DNA of 64,000 nucleotides from Macrostomum lignano (taxonomy: Eukaryota): contig NIVC01002369.1 in the NCBI GenBank assembly GCA_002269645.1, positions 115,847 to 179,846 of the forward strand. The letters run 5' to 3'. The notes under the pieces are model-generated. The model was not told the DNA's origin. It saw only the letters and a program-made list of their open reading frames with translations, and made no database searches. A program made the position numbers and the translations under genes. The number at the start of each line of letters is the position of its first letter. Positions within the stretch are counted from its first letter, which is position 1. This document shows positions 48,056-62,575 of the stretch, one piece after another.

Positions 48056-49226
48056 CGAATATTAAACTTTGACCTCCTTGACTGCAGAAGTGAACTACCG
48101 AGTCTGAGTTCTGAGTGTTCGCCACGCGTTTTTAAGTCACTGGCAATCCATTAACAGCCTTTTTTGTCTGTAAATTTTAATGATCATCCTTGAATTGTCC
48201 AAAAGTAATGCATACCGTATCTAAACCAATGGTCAGTTGATCAGTGTCAGTAGCCACTGATTGGTTTGAAGCATTTTCTGTTTTAATTAAGCACCTTCAT
48301 TGACTGCACTGCTAGACCAGTGTTTAATTCTTGTTGCTGCCAAAGGTTTCAATTTGTTGTTTGCTTCTTATTTCATTATTTTCTGTATTACTCAGCACCC
48401 ATATTTTACGTTTGACTTATTTTACTCCTACAAGAATTTCTGTAATCATTGTTATTATAGTGTCTCCGCGATTGAATTTTGTAAAGACCAAGCTAAAATT
48501 TGATCTCAAAACTTGTTTTTCTTCATGTATTTTCGAATTACACTTGCAGCATGGCAATCTTCACTTGTTATTTTTTTATGTCTGTCTGGATTTGTTGATT
48601 TTTTATATTAATATTAACAAACCACGTGTAGTGCATGGGCCCTCGGGGGTCTGTCAGGGCAGGAGAGTCTCACACTGCTTACGCCGTTAAGTTGCTTACT
48701 GCTTACTGCTTATCCCTCTAGTTAAGGAGACAAAAAGTTATACTTTACAAATTGGTTCTGGTTCTAGAATCAGAACAAGCAATATGAAAAGCCTCTTAGA
48801 GGTAAACTAAACTTTTTTGATTTGGCCGAAGCAACAATCAAAGTCGGGTAAAATTAGTTGACTCTGTGGTATAAAAGACAATAGTTTAGAGCAATTGCTT
48901 CAGCAGCAAAAGTTTGAGTTTGATAGCTTGATATGTCAGGAGTTCCGTATATTTTGCCAGCTGCTTGTACAGAGTACACACGTGAGTCATATACTCGTGA
49001 CTCACCAATATCCTATACTATATCTTACGGTAGGCACTTTATAAGCACCAGCGAGTGTCACAACAATAATGGTAGCAACGCAACTTCTGAACTTCATCAC
49101 GCCAGATCGAGCTACTGTTTCACAAAGCGTCACTACGTCTTTTCCTACTTTTTTTATAGTACTTGGGTTGGGCACCCGGACCGACCCCAGTTTCTTCACA
49201 GGTAAACTGTGGAATGCAGCTGTCTC

Positions 49227-50333
49227 CTCTCCCTAGCCACCCTATCACTAACCCAACCCACCCTAAGACTCTCCCTAGCCACCCTATCACTAACCCAACC
49301 CACCCTAAGACTCTCCCTAGCCACCCTATCACTAACCCAACCCACCCTAAGACTCTCCCTAGCCACCCTATCACTCACCCAACCCACCCTAAGACTCTCC
49401 CTAGCCACCCTATCACTCACCCAACCCACCCTAAGACTCTCCCTAGCCACCCTATCACTAACCCAACCCACCCTAAGACTCTCCCTAGCCACCCTATCAC
49501 TCACCCAACCCACCCTAAGACTCTCCCTAGCCACCCTATCACTCACCCAAACCACCCTAAGACTCTCCCTAGCCACCCTATCACTCACCCAAACCACCCT
49601 AAGACTCTCCCTAGCCACCCTATCACTCACCCAACCCACCCTAAGACTCTCCCTAGCCACCCTATCACTCACCCAACCCACCCTAAGACTCTCCCTAGCC
49701 ACCCTATCACTCACCCAACCCACCCTAAGACTCTCCCTAGCCACCCTATCACTCACCCAACCCACCCTAAGACTCTCCCTAGCCACCCTTTCACTCACCC
49801 AAACCACCCTAAGACTCTCCCTAGCCACCCTATCACTCACCCAAACCACCCTAAGACTCTCCTTAGCCACCCTATCACTCACCCAAACCACCCTAAGACT
49901 CTCCCTAGCCACCCCATCACTCACCCAAAAACCACCCTAAGACTCTCCCTAGCCACCCTATCACTCACCCAAACCACCCTAAGACTCTCCCTAGCCACCC
50001 TATCACTCACCCAAACCACCCTAAGACTCTCCCTAGCCACCCTATCACTCACCCAACCCACCCTAAGACTCTCCCTAGCCACCCTATCACTCACCCAACC
50101 CACCCTAAGACTCTCCCTAGCCACCCTATCACTCACCCAACCCACCCTAAGACTCTCCCTAGCCACCCTATCACTCACCCAAACCACCCTAAGACTCTCC
50201 CTAGCCACCCTATCACTCACCCAAATCACCCTAAGACTCTCCCTAGCCACCCTATCACTCACCCAAATCACCCAAAGACTCTCCCTAGCCACCCTATCAC
50301 TCACCCAAACCACCCTAAGACTCTCCCTAGCCA
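49227..50333. repeat. 42-bp satellite, array 3 (26 units)
   Basis: 50321-49227 = 1094 bp = 26 units with one 44-bp variant. Confidence 0.97.
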
Positions 50334-51748
50334 TCCTAGGACTCCACTGCCACTCTACCAGTCACCCTGCCACTCCAATTTTCACCCTACCTACCCTGCT
50401 AACTGTTCAGCAACTTCTCTTAACCCATTTCCTCTGCCATTGCACCTTTTTAGAATTTATCCTATTAGATGATTTTTTAACTATTAAATAACTTACTAAA
50501 GAATGAAATTGTTTTGATAGTGTTCCAATCACTACCCTTCTCTTATTTAATTTTCACCTACCGAATACTCGTAAACTACAGAGTGGTAAATGCGATTGCT
50601 GTTGTGTAAAACATTTCTCAGAGGCACTTATGCTCAGCTCCCAAGTCCTTCAAGTAATTCTCTCACAGTTTCGACACTTGGCTCCACATGCCAGGCATGA
50701 CTCTGGCAGATGCTTCTTCATAAAAAAACTGCAGGCCTTGCCCGAAATGCGCATTTGGCCTTGAGCACTGCTTTGATGTCGCATTTTGTCCTTTGTTGTA
50801 TTGACTGCTTCCAACTTTCCTTGAGGTCAAGGCACTCTTACTGACTTGCTTTTGCGCTGCAGCAGTCTCCACCGCAAGCATCAATGTTAACGGGCCTTTA
50901 ATAATCAGTTCTTTCACCACGGAGGCATTGCACAGTCCGGCTGGTCTCTTAGAGCTTCTTGCAGAATGTATTCAAATGCCACATCTGTCGCAGTCTCGCA
51001 GTCGGTTCTCAAAATATGCTTATGGGTACTCGTCTTGCTTCGCTACGTTAAACCTGTGACGCTCAGGCACAAGTTTTTGTGAGGTGACAAGCTACTTGAT
51101 TTCATCCTCTAGATTCTCGAATGCATTGACCTCTAGCTTCGCCGGAGGGACCAAGAAGTTCCCTAATTTGTCATACGCGGCTACCACCATGATGAGGCTT
51201 AAAAAGTCAGTCTTGAGTAAGACTCCGTCAACCTTCTCGTCTTTCATGTCCAATTTTCTGCAGACGGCTTCAATCCGCTAAATGCCTCAGAAATTCCTTC
51301 AGTCCAGGGCGACTCCCGCAGGTTCCCTCAAGACAGTGACGCCCTTGTTTTTTCAGTTCGTCCAGAGCCAAACAGACAGAAGTTTCACGATCGTGCTGCT
51401 CAGCTAGCAGTTCTAAATGATAATGTACATGTACATTGACACTCGGCAGCTTAAAACGCGCCGTTTTGTTTAATTTCTTAAACCGCCGTCTCAAATAAGC
51501 ACGCAGAATTGGGAACGCAGAAAGATGATACAGACAGAAACTGGGTCGGTTTGGGGTAGACGTGGCGGGGAGAGGTAAAAATGCACTGCCGGCCTTCCTA
51601 ACCGGGGGCTAAGGATTGCTCATCAATGCAGATGTACCCGGTCACATTGCCGTTTAGCAATAACTTTTCACCCAGTAAAATGTCCATTAAAAATTAGTCT
51701 GTTTACTTTTCTTTAAGACTCAGCTATAAGTGTAGTTCACTTCCTTTT

Positions 51749-52596
51749 ATGTCTTTCAATTCCGGATCACAAAGTGACGAAGTCCCTACCGCTCCGCATT
51801 GCAGCTCAGGCAGAGACTGGCTTCGAGCATCGGCATCTCCGCACAGATCGCAGCCCCACAGTTCCTCAGAGATGCACCGGGGCTCTGTCGCCTGCCCCTT
51901 TTGTCCCAGACGGTTCTGCCGCACCCGATCGGCAGCGGCGCAGTACTTGCGGTCGGGAACACCCGAGCTTTAAAGAGTGCTGCAACATGGCAACGTCAAG
52001 CTCAGGGCATCGAGAGCCCGTTCCAGTGCGACACTTGCCAGAAGAAGTTTACCAAAAAAAAGCCATATCAAAGCTCACATTAGTGCAGTGCACAAGAAGG
52101 CAAACCGTACAAGTGCAAGGTGTGCGGCAAGAGATTCCATGTCAGCAGCGCCTTCACTACATACTCGAGGCGGCACACAGGAGAAAAGCCATTTGAGTGC
52201 AAGGTGTGCGGCAAGAGATTTCGTCGTAGGAGCAACCTCACTGCACACTGCAGGGTGCACACAGGAGAAAAGCCATTTAAGTGCAGGGTGTGCAGCAAGA
52301 GATTCAGGTACAGTTACAGCTTCACTTCTCACTCAAGGCTGCACACAGGAGAAAAGCCATTTGATTGCAAGGTGTGCGGCAAGAGATTTCATCACCGCAG
52401 CAACCTCACTTCTCACTCAAGACTGCATACAGGAGGAAAGCTATTTGAGTGCAAGGTGTGCGGCAAGAGATTTCATCACCGCAGCAACCTCACTTCTCAC
52501 TCAAGACTGCATACAGGAGGAAAGCTATTTGAGTGCAAGGTGTGCAGCAAGATACTAAATAAAGCCAGCATACTGAAGAGGCACTCCAAGCAGTAG
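51749..52596 (+). pseudogene. ZF13: ZF5-type pseudogene (7 fingers)
   Basis: Shares the deletion and linker frameshift of ZF5. Fingers VSSAFTT(Y), RRSNLTA, YSYSFTS, HRSNLTS x2, KASILKR (truncated by a stop). Confidence 0.85.
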
Positions 52597-53862
52597 GTTT
52601 TGTAGAGAATATTCAGTTTCGTGTTATGTGATCGCTGAAATTGACTCCGGATATTTGTTCTTCCTGTGCTCCACGCGTTTTCAATTTATTCGCAATCTCT
52701 TGACAACTTTTTGTTCTTTGTATTAATGATTTTTGTTAAATTTTTCTGAAGAATGCATTAGGAAATTGTTGTTGCACTGATGAGCTGTTGCTGCCAAAGG
52801 AAGTTGATGTTTGCTGTTTTTATAAATTATACCGGTGGCATTGAAGTCTTTGTTTTGTTTTAATATTTGTCTTGATGTTTGTATTATTGTTTTGATATAG
52901 AGATTTTAATAGGCCACGTAAAATGTCGAATGCAGCTGTTGTCATTGGCATGATTGCTCAGCTGTCAGGGCATCGAGCCGGGCAGCAGAGCGGCAGCGAG
53001 ACAGAGAGAACCTCTGAGCCGTGCCGCAGAGTCCTTTGGAAAAAAGTTGAGTTGAGTTGCAGCTAGAATGTAGGTTTTAATGGCTGCCAAGACAGTCAAC
53101 AGGTTGAGCCAAATTACCGTTTCCATGACTGCCCCTCAGCACACCGTTGCCTCTTACACTGATGACTGCACAATCTTATTATTAGAGAATGAATTTGCCT
53201 TCATAATCCTCTTGTTCATTAGTTTCATTAGTAAAATAAGCTATGGAGTTGGAATTTCACTTTTTTGCTTTGCTTAAATGCATTCATGCTAAGCTCCCAG
53301 GTCTAGGGCAGTGGGTTCTCCTTTTTAATTTCCCGAGCCGTCTAAAACGGGTAGACAGCATTTGGAATGCAGCAGAGGGACCGTTGAAACAGAATGGGAA
53401 GGGATGTAACTGGGTGAGTTTGGTGTAGACGCGGCTGAAAGGAGTAAGAGTGCAATGGCAGGCCCTTCTGACGAGTGCCAAGGATTTCTTATCGGTACAG
53501 CAGATGTACCCGGGCACATTCTCGATTAGCAGCAAGATTTTCACACGCTTGAATCTTCATCGAAAATTGACTGTTGCAAATTCAAGTATAGCATGCATTC
53601 TATATTTACATGTATCACTTTCATAGATGTTTATATAAAGTTAGGCTATTTATTTGTTGATGTAACCCAGCTATCGTCTTTATGTTCTCAAAATCAGAAA
53701 GCATACTTGTAGTTTAGTTCTTTTTGATGTTTTCAATCCCAGTTTACAAACGGATCCAACAAGTGATTAAGATAGTCTACTGCTCCACATTCCAGCTTAG
53801 GCAGAGACGGGCCTCGAGCATCGGCATCTCCGCACAGATCGCAGCCCCACAGTTCCTCAGAG

Positions 53863-55110
53863 ATGCGCCGGGGCTCTGTCGCCTGCCCCTTTTGTCCCAG
53901 GCGGTTCTGCCGTACCCGTTCGGCAGCGGCGCAGTACTTGCATCATGTGCGGTCACACGGAATGGGCTGCGACTCGGAGCCAGAGGAGGTGGCTGCGACC
54001 AACTCAGAAGCTGGCAGAGCGGCGGCGGTCGAGCAGGTCGAGTCTCGCAATGAGTCAGCGATGCAGCCGTGTGCAGACGGCAGTTCTGCAGTGACGAAGA
54101 GTCCAGAGTGCGAGTCAGCCGGGAAGACCCGAGCTTTGAACAGTGCTGCAACACGGCAACGTCAAGCTCAGGCTGTCGAGAGGGCGTTCCAGTGCAACAC
54201 TTGCCAGAAGAAGTTCACCAGAAAAGACCACCTCAAAGCTCACATTAGTGCAGTGCACATGAAGGCGAAACCGCACAAGTGCAAGGTGTGCGGCAAGAGA
54301 TTCGGTTTCAGCAGCGACCTCAATACACACTCTAGAGTGCACACAGGAGAAAAGCCATTTGAGTGCAAGGTGTGCGGCAAGAGATTCGGTTTCAGCAGCG
54401 ACCTCAATACACACTCTAGAGTGCACACAGGAGAAAAGCCATTTGAGTGCAATGTGTGCGGCAAGAGATTTAGTGACAGCAGCAGCCTTACTAAGCACTC
54501 AAGGCTGCACACAGGAGAAAAGCCATTTGAGTGCAATGTGTGCGGCAAGAGATTTAGTGACAGCAGCAGCCTTACTAAGCACTCAAGGCTGCACACAGGA
54601 GAAAAGCCATTTGAGTGCAATGTGTGCGGCAAGAGATTTAGTGACAGCAGCAGCCTTACTAAGCACTCAAGGCTGCACACAGGAGAAAAGCCATTTGAGT
54701 GCAATGTGTGCGGCAAGAGATTTAGTGACAGCAGCAGCCTTACTAAGCACTCAAGGCTGCACACAGGAGAAAAGCCATTTGAGTGCAATGTGTGCGGCAA
54801 GAGATTTAGTGACAGCAGCAGCCTCACTAAGCACTCAAGGCTTCACACAGGAGAAAAGCCTTTCGAGTGCAAGGTTTGCGGCAAAAGATTCAATCAAGCA
54901 GGCAGCCTCTCTTCCCACTCAAGGCTTCACACAGGAGAAAAGCCGTTTGAGTGCATGGTGTGCGGCAAGAGATTTAGTGACAGCAGCAGCCTCACTAAGC
55001 ACTCTAGGCTTCACACAGGAGAAAAGCCGTTTGAGTGCATGGTGTGCGGCAAGAGATTTCATGTAAGCAGCAACCTCACTAAGCACTCCAGGGTGCACAC
55101 GAATATTTAA
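53863..55110 (+). CDS. C2H2 zinc-finger protein ZF14 (11 fingers)
   Basis: 415-aa intact ORF. ZF6-type upstream region with the ZF7 finger array. Finger 1 helix is RKDHLKA. Confidence 0.9.
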   Translation: MRRGSVACPFCPRRFCRTRSAAAQYLHHVRSHGMGCDSEPEEVAATNSEAGRAAAVEQVESRNESAMQPCADGSSAVTKSPECESAGKTRALNSAATRQRQAQAVERAFQCNTCQKKFTRKDHLKAHISAVHMKAKPHKCKVCGKRFGFSSDLNTHSRVHTGEKPFECKVCGKRFGFSSDLNTHSRVHTGEKPFECNVCGKRFSDSSSLTKHSRLHTGEKPFECNVCGKRFSDSSSLTKHSRLHTGEKPFECNVCGKRFSDSSSLTKHSRLHTGEKPFECNVCGKRFSDSSSLTKHSRLHTGEKPFECNVCGKRFSDSSSLTKHSRLHTGEKPFECKVCGKRFNQAGSLSSHSRLHTGEKPFECMVCGKRFSDSSSLTKHSRLHTGEKPFECMVCGKRFHVSSNLTKHSRVHTNI

Positions 55111-57433
55111 CTTTGCGCATCGTGATTGTAGAAATGGACACACGATCTTTGTTTTTCTGTGCTCCAGGCGTTTTCAGTGTACGAGTACTTGCAATCGTTT
55201 AACAGCTTTTTGTTCCTATGTAATTATGCTTTGTCTTGAATCTTTCCTTTAGGATGCATGAGGAAGTTGATACACTGATGAGCTGTTGCTGCCAAATGTT
55301 TTCAGTTTTTTCCCAGTAGTCACATTGCGTACTGTACGAGTACTCGGCACTTATGCTACTTCTCGTTTGACTTATTTTAATTTTTGCTTAAAAAATTCTG
55401 CGCACAGTAGGCACGAATATTATAAACTGATAGTTCGGTGATTGTCAGCTTTCTAATTAATGAGTTAGCGAAGTCACAAATTGCCAAAGTTAGGTCGATC
55501 TGTAGTTGTCCGATAGCTTTACAACTTGACCAGAATGCTACTCGGCTGGGTGGCTGAATCACTTGGTGCCCTCCGAGTAACCTGTTTCGATGCACTTTAA
55601 TCGTAGTGCTCATATGCTGTCTTAATTGTGGAATTTTGAAAAAATTGCATGCTTTCGGGAATCGAGTCAAGTTTGGTGTTAGCGTGGCGTTTTGCGAGGA
55701 ATCTTTCTGTTTCTGCTGTTTTGACCTTGAAAGACCTTCCAAGTGCTGTGAGCAGAATGGCGGTCTTCAGCTCGTCGCTTTCATTATCTCGCTTTGCGGC
55801 TGTGAGGGAGAGCGCGAAACCAGCAATTCATGTTTTCACTTCTTCATTTGTTCTCATCGAATGCGATGGATGCTGGTGGCTTCAACTCTCCTGTATCAGC
55901 CAGCCATGTGTATCGAAGCATCGGCTTTGAATTAGCTGTATAGCGACTGAATGATGTATGCGGTTAATGCGGTTAAGGAGTTAATCGTTAGCTGTGTTCC
56001 TCTGACACCATGCTGTTTGTTGTCGTGTTAGTAATGAAATCTCAAATCTATGGGCTTGTGTCTCCGATTAGCGGTTTTTCGAATGAACACGTAAAGAGGA
56101 CGGCTCGAAAATGAAAGTATAGAGCATAGTCGGGAGTGCTCAGTAGTCCCTGTCACAAGCTCTATCTTTCACATTGCGCAAGACAGTACAGTTCATTAGC
56201 ACTTGAGAGAATCCCTAGCTACATAAATATTTTACAATAGAATAATTGCTACCAGCTTCTCCACCATCTAGAAATTGCACCTTTAAACTCCGAGTTGGCG
56301 CGTCAGATTGTAGAAGCATTTGACATCGTGCATTCGTCAAAAATGCTGTCCCAGTAAAGTTCCAATAAGCCGGTCTCTCAGACAGCTGAGAAATGTTTAA
56401 ATTCTGACACCAAATTTCGTTTCGATTGGCTGGCTTTTGAGCTTTCCTCGTCTTAGCCGGTGGGGCCGCCTACCCACCTTTTTTGTTACGGCTTAGTATT
56501 TCGCTCCGGGTTTGCGCATCCACCTTAAATTGTTCAGTCGCGCAAAGTTGCAGTACAAGTGGCAGAAATCAATGGGTCCTGCCAGGCAGTCTAGCGATAA
56601 TTAAAAAAAAACTGTTTATTTTGATTTAGCTAAAACCCCAATCGAAACCCGGTAAAATTGGTTGAGACTGCGGTGTTAAATGATAACAGCACCGATTGAG
56701 TTCGGTTTGATCTGTAAGCGTGCACTGTTCAAACAATTGTTTAACGGCATCGTCGCGTTGCGTACGATATTCAAATATACAACAGGCTTTGCTTCTATTA
56801 ACCAGCCTGTTTTTGAGTCATTCTTTCCCTGAAGCTTGATGGTTCAGGGGTCCTGTATATATAATTTCCAAGGCATCATCACACCAGTATCGGAAGTCAC
56901 GTTGTAAGCTCCTTTGTTGCAGGCCCGCGCGATCCAGGCGGACAAGCTCGAAGCCTTTGATAATGATTTTGGAGGCTGGACGGAGCTTGCTCTCTTAGAT
57001 AGCGGTTTAGGTATATATAAGGCAACTAAAAACTGTTTTATTGTAAATCTATTTTACCGAAGTGAGGACCATGCATTATAGTTGAAATTGTTGGTATCTG
57101 GTCTCCAGTAAAAATTGAATGAGATAATGGAAGAATTGAGCAAAAATCAAGAAAAATTTGTATGTTAGGAAGTTTACCTGGAAGGCTTTGGCTCACTATC
57201 TTTCACGAGCCAAGGATTGCTCATCAGTGTAAATTTAACCATGCACATCATGCCGTTTAGCAGCAACATTTTCACTCTGTTAAATCCATCATCAATTGGT
57301 TGTCTTAAATTCAAGTAAAGCATGCATGGGATTTTTATCACTTTCATAAAATAAAAAATTATGCTTTTTATTTGTCAATATACCCAGAAATTGTCTTTAT
57401 GTTTTCGATATTGGGGATGTTCATTTCCTTTGC

Positions 57434-58467
57434 ATGTCTTTCCATTCCGGATCACAAAGTGACGAAGTCCCTACCGCTCCGCATTGCAGCTCAGGCAGAG
57501 ACCCGCTTCGAGCATCGGCATCTCCGCACAGATCGCAGCCCCACAGTTTCTCAGAGATGCGCCGGGGCTCTGTCGCCTGCCCCTTTTGTCCCAGGCGGTT
57601 CTGCCGCACCCGATCGGCAGCGGCGCAGTACTTGCGTCATGTGCGGTCACACGGAATGGGCTGCGACTCGGAGCCAGAGGAGGCGGCTGCGACCAACTCA
57701 GAAGCTGGCAGAGCGGCGGCGGTCGAGCAGGTCGAGTCTCGCAATGAGTCAGCGATGCAGCCGTGTGCAGCGGCAGTTCTGCAGTGACGAAGCGTTACGA
57801 GTGCGAGTCAGCCGGGAAGACCCGAGCTTTGAACAGTGCTGCAACACGGCAACGTCAAGCTCAGGCTGTCGAGAGGGCGTTCCAGTGCAACACTTGCCAG
57901 AAGAAGTTCACCAGAAAAAGCCACCTCAAAGCTCACATTAGTGCAGTGCACATGAAGGCGAAACCGCACAAGTGCAATGTGTGCGGCAAGAGATTTAGTG
58001 ACAGCAGCAGCCTCACTAAGCACTCTAGGCTGCACACAGGAGAAAAGCCATTTGAGTGCAATGTGTGCGGCAAGAGATTCAGTCAAGCATGGAGCCTCTC
58101 TTCCCACTCAAGGCTTCACACAGGAGAAAAGCCTTTCGAGTGCAAGGTTTGCGGCAAAAGATTCAATCAAGCAAGCCATCTCTCTTCCCACTCAAGGCTG
58201 CACACAGGAGAAAAGCCATTTGAGTGCAATGTGTGCGGCAAGAGATTTAGTGACAGCAGCAGCCTCACTCAGCACTCTAGGCTTCACACAGGAGAAAAGC
58301 CTTTCGAGTGCAAGGTTTGCGGCAAAAGATTCAGTCAAGCAGGCAGCCTCTCTTCCCACTCAAGGCTTCACACAGGAGAAAAGCCGTTTGAGTGCATGGT
58401 GTGCGGCAAGAGATTTCGTGTAAGCAGCAACCTCACTAAGCACTCCAGGGTGCACACGAATATTTAA
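57434..58467 (+). pseudogene. ZF15: ZF8 duplicate with a 1-bp deletion near 57770
   Basis: ORFs 57434..57787 and 57763..58467; tgtgcagcggcag versus tgtgcagccggcag in ZF8. Finger array is the same as ZF8. May be a consensus error. Confidence 0.65.
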
Positions 58468-59477
58468 CTTTGCGCACCGTGATTGTAGAAATGGACACAC
58501 GATCTTTGTTTTTCTGTGCTCCAGGCGTTTTCAGTGTACGAGTACTTGCAATCGTTTAACAGCTTTTGTTCCTATGTAATTATGCTTTGTCTTGAATCTT
58601 TCCTTTAGGATGCATGAGGAAGTTGATGCACTGATGAGCTGTTGCTGCCAAATGTTTTCAGTTTTTTTCCCAGTAGTCACATTGCGTACTGTACGAGTAC
58701 TCGGCACTTATGCTACTTTTCGTTTGACTTATTTTAATTTTTGCTTAAAAAATTCTGCGCACAGTAGGCACGAATATTATAAACTGATAGTTCGGTGATT
58801 GTCAGCTTTCTCTTTGTAGTTGTCCGATAGCTTTACAACTTGACCAGAATGCAACTCGGCTGGGTGGCTGAATCACTTGGTGCCCTCCGAGTAACCTGTT
58901 GCGATGCACTTTAATCGTAGTGCTCATGCTGTCTTAATTGTCGAATTTTGAAAAAATTGCATGCTTTCGGGAATCGAGTCAAGTTTGGTGTTAGCGTGGC
59001 GTTTTGCGAGGAATCTTTCTGTTTCTGATGTTGGTTTTCTCTGCTGCTGTTTTGACCTTGAAAGACCTTCCAAGTGCTGTGAGCAGAATGGCGGTCTTCA
59101 GCTCGTCGCTTTCATTATCTCGCTTCACGGCTGTGAGGGAGAGCGCGAAACCAGCAATTCATGTTTTCACTTCTTCATTTGTTCTCATCGAATGCGATGG
59201 ATGCTGGTGGCTTCAACTCTCCTGTATCAGCCAGCCATGTGTATCGAAGCGTCGGCTTTGAATTAGATTATTAGCTGTATAGCGACTGAATGATGTATGC
59301 GGTTAAGGAGTTAATCGTTAGCTGTGTTCCTCTGACACCATGCTGTTTGTTGTCGTGTTAGTAATGAAATCTCGAAATCTATGGGCTTGTGTCTCCGATT
59401 AGCGGTTTTTCGCATGAACACGTAAAGAGGACGGCTCGAAAATGAAAGTATAGAGCCTAGTCGGGAGTGCTCAGTAG

Positions 59478-59947
<470 letters not shown>

Positions 59948-60933
59948 CGAATATTAAACTTTGCCCTCCGTGGCTGCAGAAGTGAACTTCGGGGTCAGAG
60001 TTCTGAGTGTTCGCCACGCGTTTTTAAGTCACTGGCAATCCATTAACAGCCTTTTTGTCCGTAAATTTTAATGATCATCCTTGAATTGTCCAAAAGTAAT
60101 GCATACCGTATCTAAACCAATGGTCAGTTGATCAGTGTCAGTAGCCACTGATTGGTTTGAAGCATTTTCTGTTTTAATTAAGCACCTTCATTGACTGCAC
60201 TGCTAGACCAGTGTTTAATTCTTGTTGCTGCCAAAGGTTTCAATTTGTTGTTTGCTTCTTATTTCATTATTTTCTGTATTACTCAGCACCCATATTTTAC
60301 GTTTGACTTATTTTACTCCTACAAGAATTTCTGTAATCATTGTTATTATAGTGTCTCCGCGATTGAATTTTGTAAAGACCAAGCTAAAATTTGATCTCAA
60401 AACTTGTTTTTCTTCATGTATTTTCGAATTACACTTGCAGCATGGCAATCTTCACTTGTTATTTTTTTATGTCTGTCTGGATTTGTTGATTTTTATATTA
60501 ATATTAACAAACCACGTGTAGTGCATGGGCCCTCGGGGGTCTGTCAGGGCAGGAGAGTCTCACACTGCTTACGCCGTTAAGTTGCTTACTGCTTACTGCT
60601 TATCCCTCTAGTTAAGGAGACAAAAAGTTATACTTTACAAATTGGTTCTGGTTCTAGAATCAGAACAAGCAATATGAAAAGCCTCTTAAAGGTAAACTTA
60701 ACTTTTTTGATTTGGCCGAAGCACCAATCAAAGTCGGGTAAAATAAGTTGACTCTGTGGTATAAAAGACAATAGTTTAGAGCAATTGCTTCAGCAGCAAT
60801 AGTTTGAGTTTGATAGCTTGATATGTCAGGAGTTCCTTATTTTACGTCTTTTCCTACTTTTCCTATAGTACTTGGGTTGGGCACCGGACCGACCCAGTTT
60901 CTTCACAGGTAAACTGTGGAATGCAGCTGTCTC

Positions 60934-61156
60934 CTCTCCCTAGCCACCCTATCACTCACCCAACCCACCCTAAGACTCTCCCTAGCCACCCTATCACTCA
61001 CCCAAACCACCCTAAGACTCTCCCTAGCCACCCTATCACTCACCCAAACCACCCTAAGACTCTCCCTAGCCACCCTATCACTCACCCAAATCACCCAAAG
61101 ACTCTCCCTAGCCACCCTATCACTCACCCAAACCACCCTAAGACTCTCCCTAGCCA
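60934..61156. repeat. 42-bp satellite, array 4 (5 units)
   Basis: (61144-60934)/42 = 5. Confidence 0.97.
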
Positions 61157-62575
61157 TCCTAGGACTCCACTGCCACTCTACCAGTCACCCTGCTACTCCA
61201 ATTTTCACCCTACCTACCCTGCTAACTGTTCAGCAACTTCTCTTAACCCATTTCCTCTGCCATTGCACCTTTTTAGAATTTATCCTATTAGATGATGTTT
61301 TAACTATTAAATAACTTACTAAAGAATGAAATTGTTTTGATAGTGTTCCAATCACTACCCTTCTCTTATTTAATTTTCACCTACCGAATACTCGTAAACT
61401 ACAGAGTGGTAAATGCGATTGCCGTTGTGTAAAACATTTCTCAGAGGCACTTATGCTCAGCTCCCAAGTCCTTCAAGTAATTCTCTCACAGTTTCGACAC
61501 TTGGCTCCACATGCCAGGCATGACTCTGGCAGATGCTTCTTCATTAAAAAACTGCAGCGCCTTGCCCGAAATGCGCATTTGGCCTTGAGCACTGCTTTGA
61601 TGTCGCATTTTGTCCTTTGTTGAACTGACTGCTTCCAACTTTCCTTGAGGTCAAGGCACTCTTACTGACTTGCTTTTGCGCTGCAGCAGTCTCCACCGCA
61701 AGCATCAATGTTAACGGGCCTTTAATAATCAGTTCTTTCACCACGGAGGCATTGCACAGTCCGGCTGCAAACTGGTCTCTTAGAGCTTCTTGCAGAATGT
61801 ATTCAAATACCACATCTGTCGCAGTCTCGCAGTCGGTTCTCAAAATATGCTTATGGGTACTCGTCTTGCTTCGGTTCGTTAAACCTGTGACGCTCAGGCA
61901 CAAGTTTTTGTGAGGCTACTTGATTTCATCCTCTAGATTCTCGAATGCATTGACCTCTAACTTCGCCGGAGGGACCAAGAAGTTTCCTAATTTGTCATAC
62001 GCGGCTACCGCCATGAGGCTTAAAAAGTCAATCTTGAGTAAGACTCCGTCAACCTTCTCGTCTTTCATGTCCAATTTTCTGCAGACGGCTTCAATCCGCT
62101 AAATGCCTCAGAAATTCCTTCAGTCCAGGGCGACTCCCGCAGGTTCCCTCAAGACAGTGACCCTTGTTTTTTTCAGTTCGTCCAGAGCCAAACAGACAGA
62201 AGTTTCACGATCGTGCTGCTCAGCTAGCAATTCTAAATGATGATGTACATTGACACTCGGCAGCTTAAAACGCGCCGTTTTGTTTAATTTCCCAAACCGT
62301 CTCAAATAAGCACGCAGAATTGGGAACGCAGCAAGATGATACAGACAGAAAAATGAGGCGGTGCAACTGGGTCAGTTTGGGTAGACGTGGCGGGGAGAGG
62401 TAAAAGTGCACTGCCGGCCTTCTTAACCGGGGGCCAAGGATTGCTCATCAATGCAGATGTACCGCGTCACATTGCCGTTTAGCAATAACCTTTCACCCAG
62501 TAAAATGTCCATTAAAAATTACTGTCTGTTTACTTTTCCGTAAGACTCAGCTATAAGTGTAGTTCACTTCCTTTG

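Noticed and set aside
49163-50491. 442-aa and similar His/Pro- or Leu/Ser/Thr-rich ORFs over the satellite
   Set aside because: A 42-bp unit is divisible by 3 and gives ORFs in several frames; lengths vary arbitrarily among copies.
53139-53180. VASYTDDCTIL, resembling a LINE RT YADD motif, in the spacer after ZF5-type genes
   Set aside because: No upstream GVPQG-type motif or other RT blocks in any frame I could read; too short to support.
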